This document shows, one piece after another, positions 63,767-64,000 of a stretch of DNA of 64,000 bases. The notes beneath the pieces are model-generated. The model saw only the letters and a program-made list of their open reading frames with translations, did no database searches and was not told the origin of the DNA. The stretch covers positions 7,628,001 to 7,692,000 of the forward strand of contig CM075991.1 in NCBI GenBank assembly GCA_038087875.1. The letters run 5' to 3'. The position numbers were made by a program, and so were the translations under genes. Each line of letters opens with the position of its first letter. Position 1 is the stretch's first letter. The DNA comes from Malacoraja senta (taxonomy: Eukaryota).

Positions 63767-64000
63767 GAAGGATATCAGATGTGTTCTCAGTGTAGAAACA
63801 TTTGAAGCAATATAGGTTTCTCATTCAAACAATGCTCATGGTAAATAATTAGATTAAGTTACCGGTTTCAGTTGCCGGTTATAAAAAATAAAGCTTTATT
63901 TATGAGCAATTATTGCCATCAATATACCTACATTGTCTGTTTTGATCTTGTTGCCAAACAACTAATTTAATAAACTACCAACTAAAAAAGTATAAAATCA

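Overview
Repeat-dense, essentially non-coding vertebrate DNA (intron or gene desert). The V-domain tRNA SINE (HE1-like) sharing its 3' end with CR1 (HER1-like) LINEs points to a cartilaginous fish, probably a skate or ray (inference). No host protein-coding gene can be recognised; nearly all listed ORFs are repeat-derived or spurious. The window holds: (i) one full-length but decayed DIRS tyrosine-recombinase retrotransposon (29637-34460) with inverted termini, right extension and internal complementary region, inserted at a TTT inside a CR1; (ii) about ten PIF/Harbinger-type MITEs (TIR GGGCCTGTCCCAC, TAA/TTA TSD), most carrying a shared internal palindrome TTTTCAACATGTTGAAAA; (iii) two ~1.04 kb non-autonomous DNA transposons with TAG...CTA ends and 7-bp TSDs; (iv) many short Penelope-derived insertions with 9-17 bp TSDs, often palindromic and often carrying a minimal hammerhead-ribozyme core; (v) a 131-bp (GAA)n-tailed retroposon whose 5' end folds like a damaged HDV-like ribozyme; (vi) CR1, Rex1/Babar and RTE LINE fragments, over 20 SINEs and microsatellites; (vii) a few unique stretches that may be enhancers, plus one candidate 72-nt exon. 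All calls were made by eye. Internal boundaries are approximate except where a TSD or TIR fixes them.
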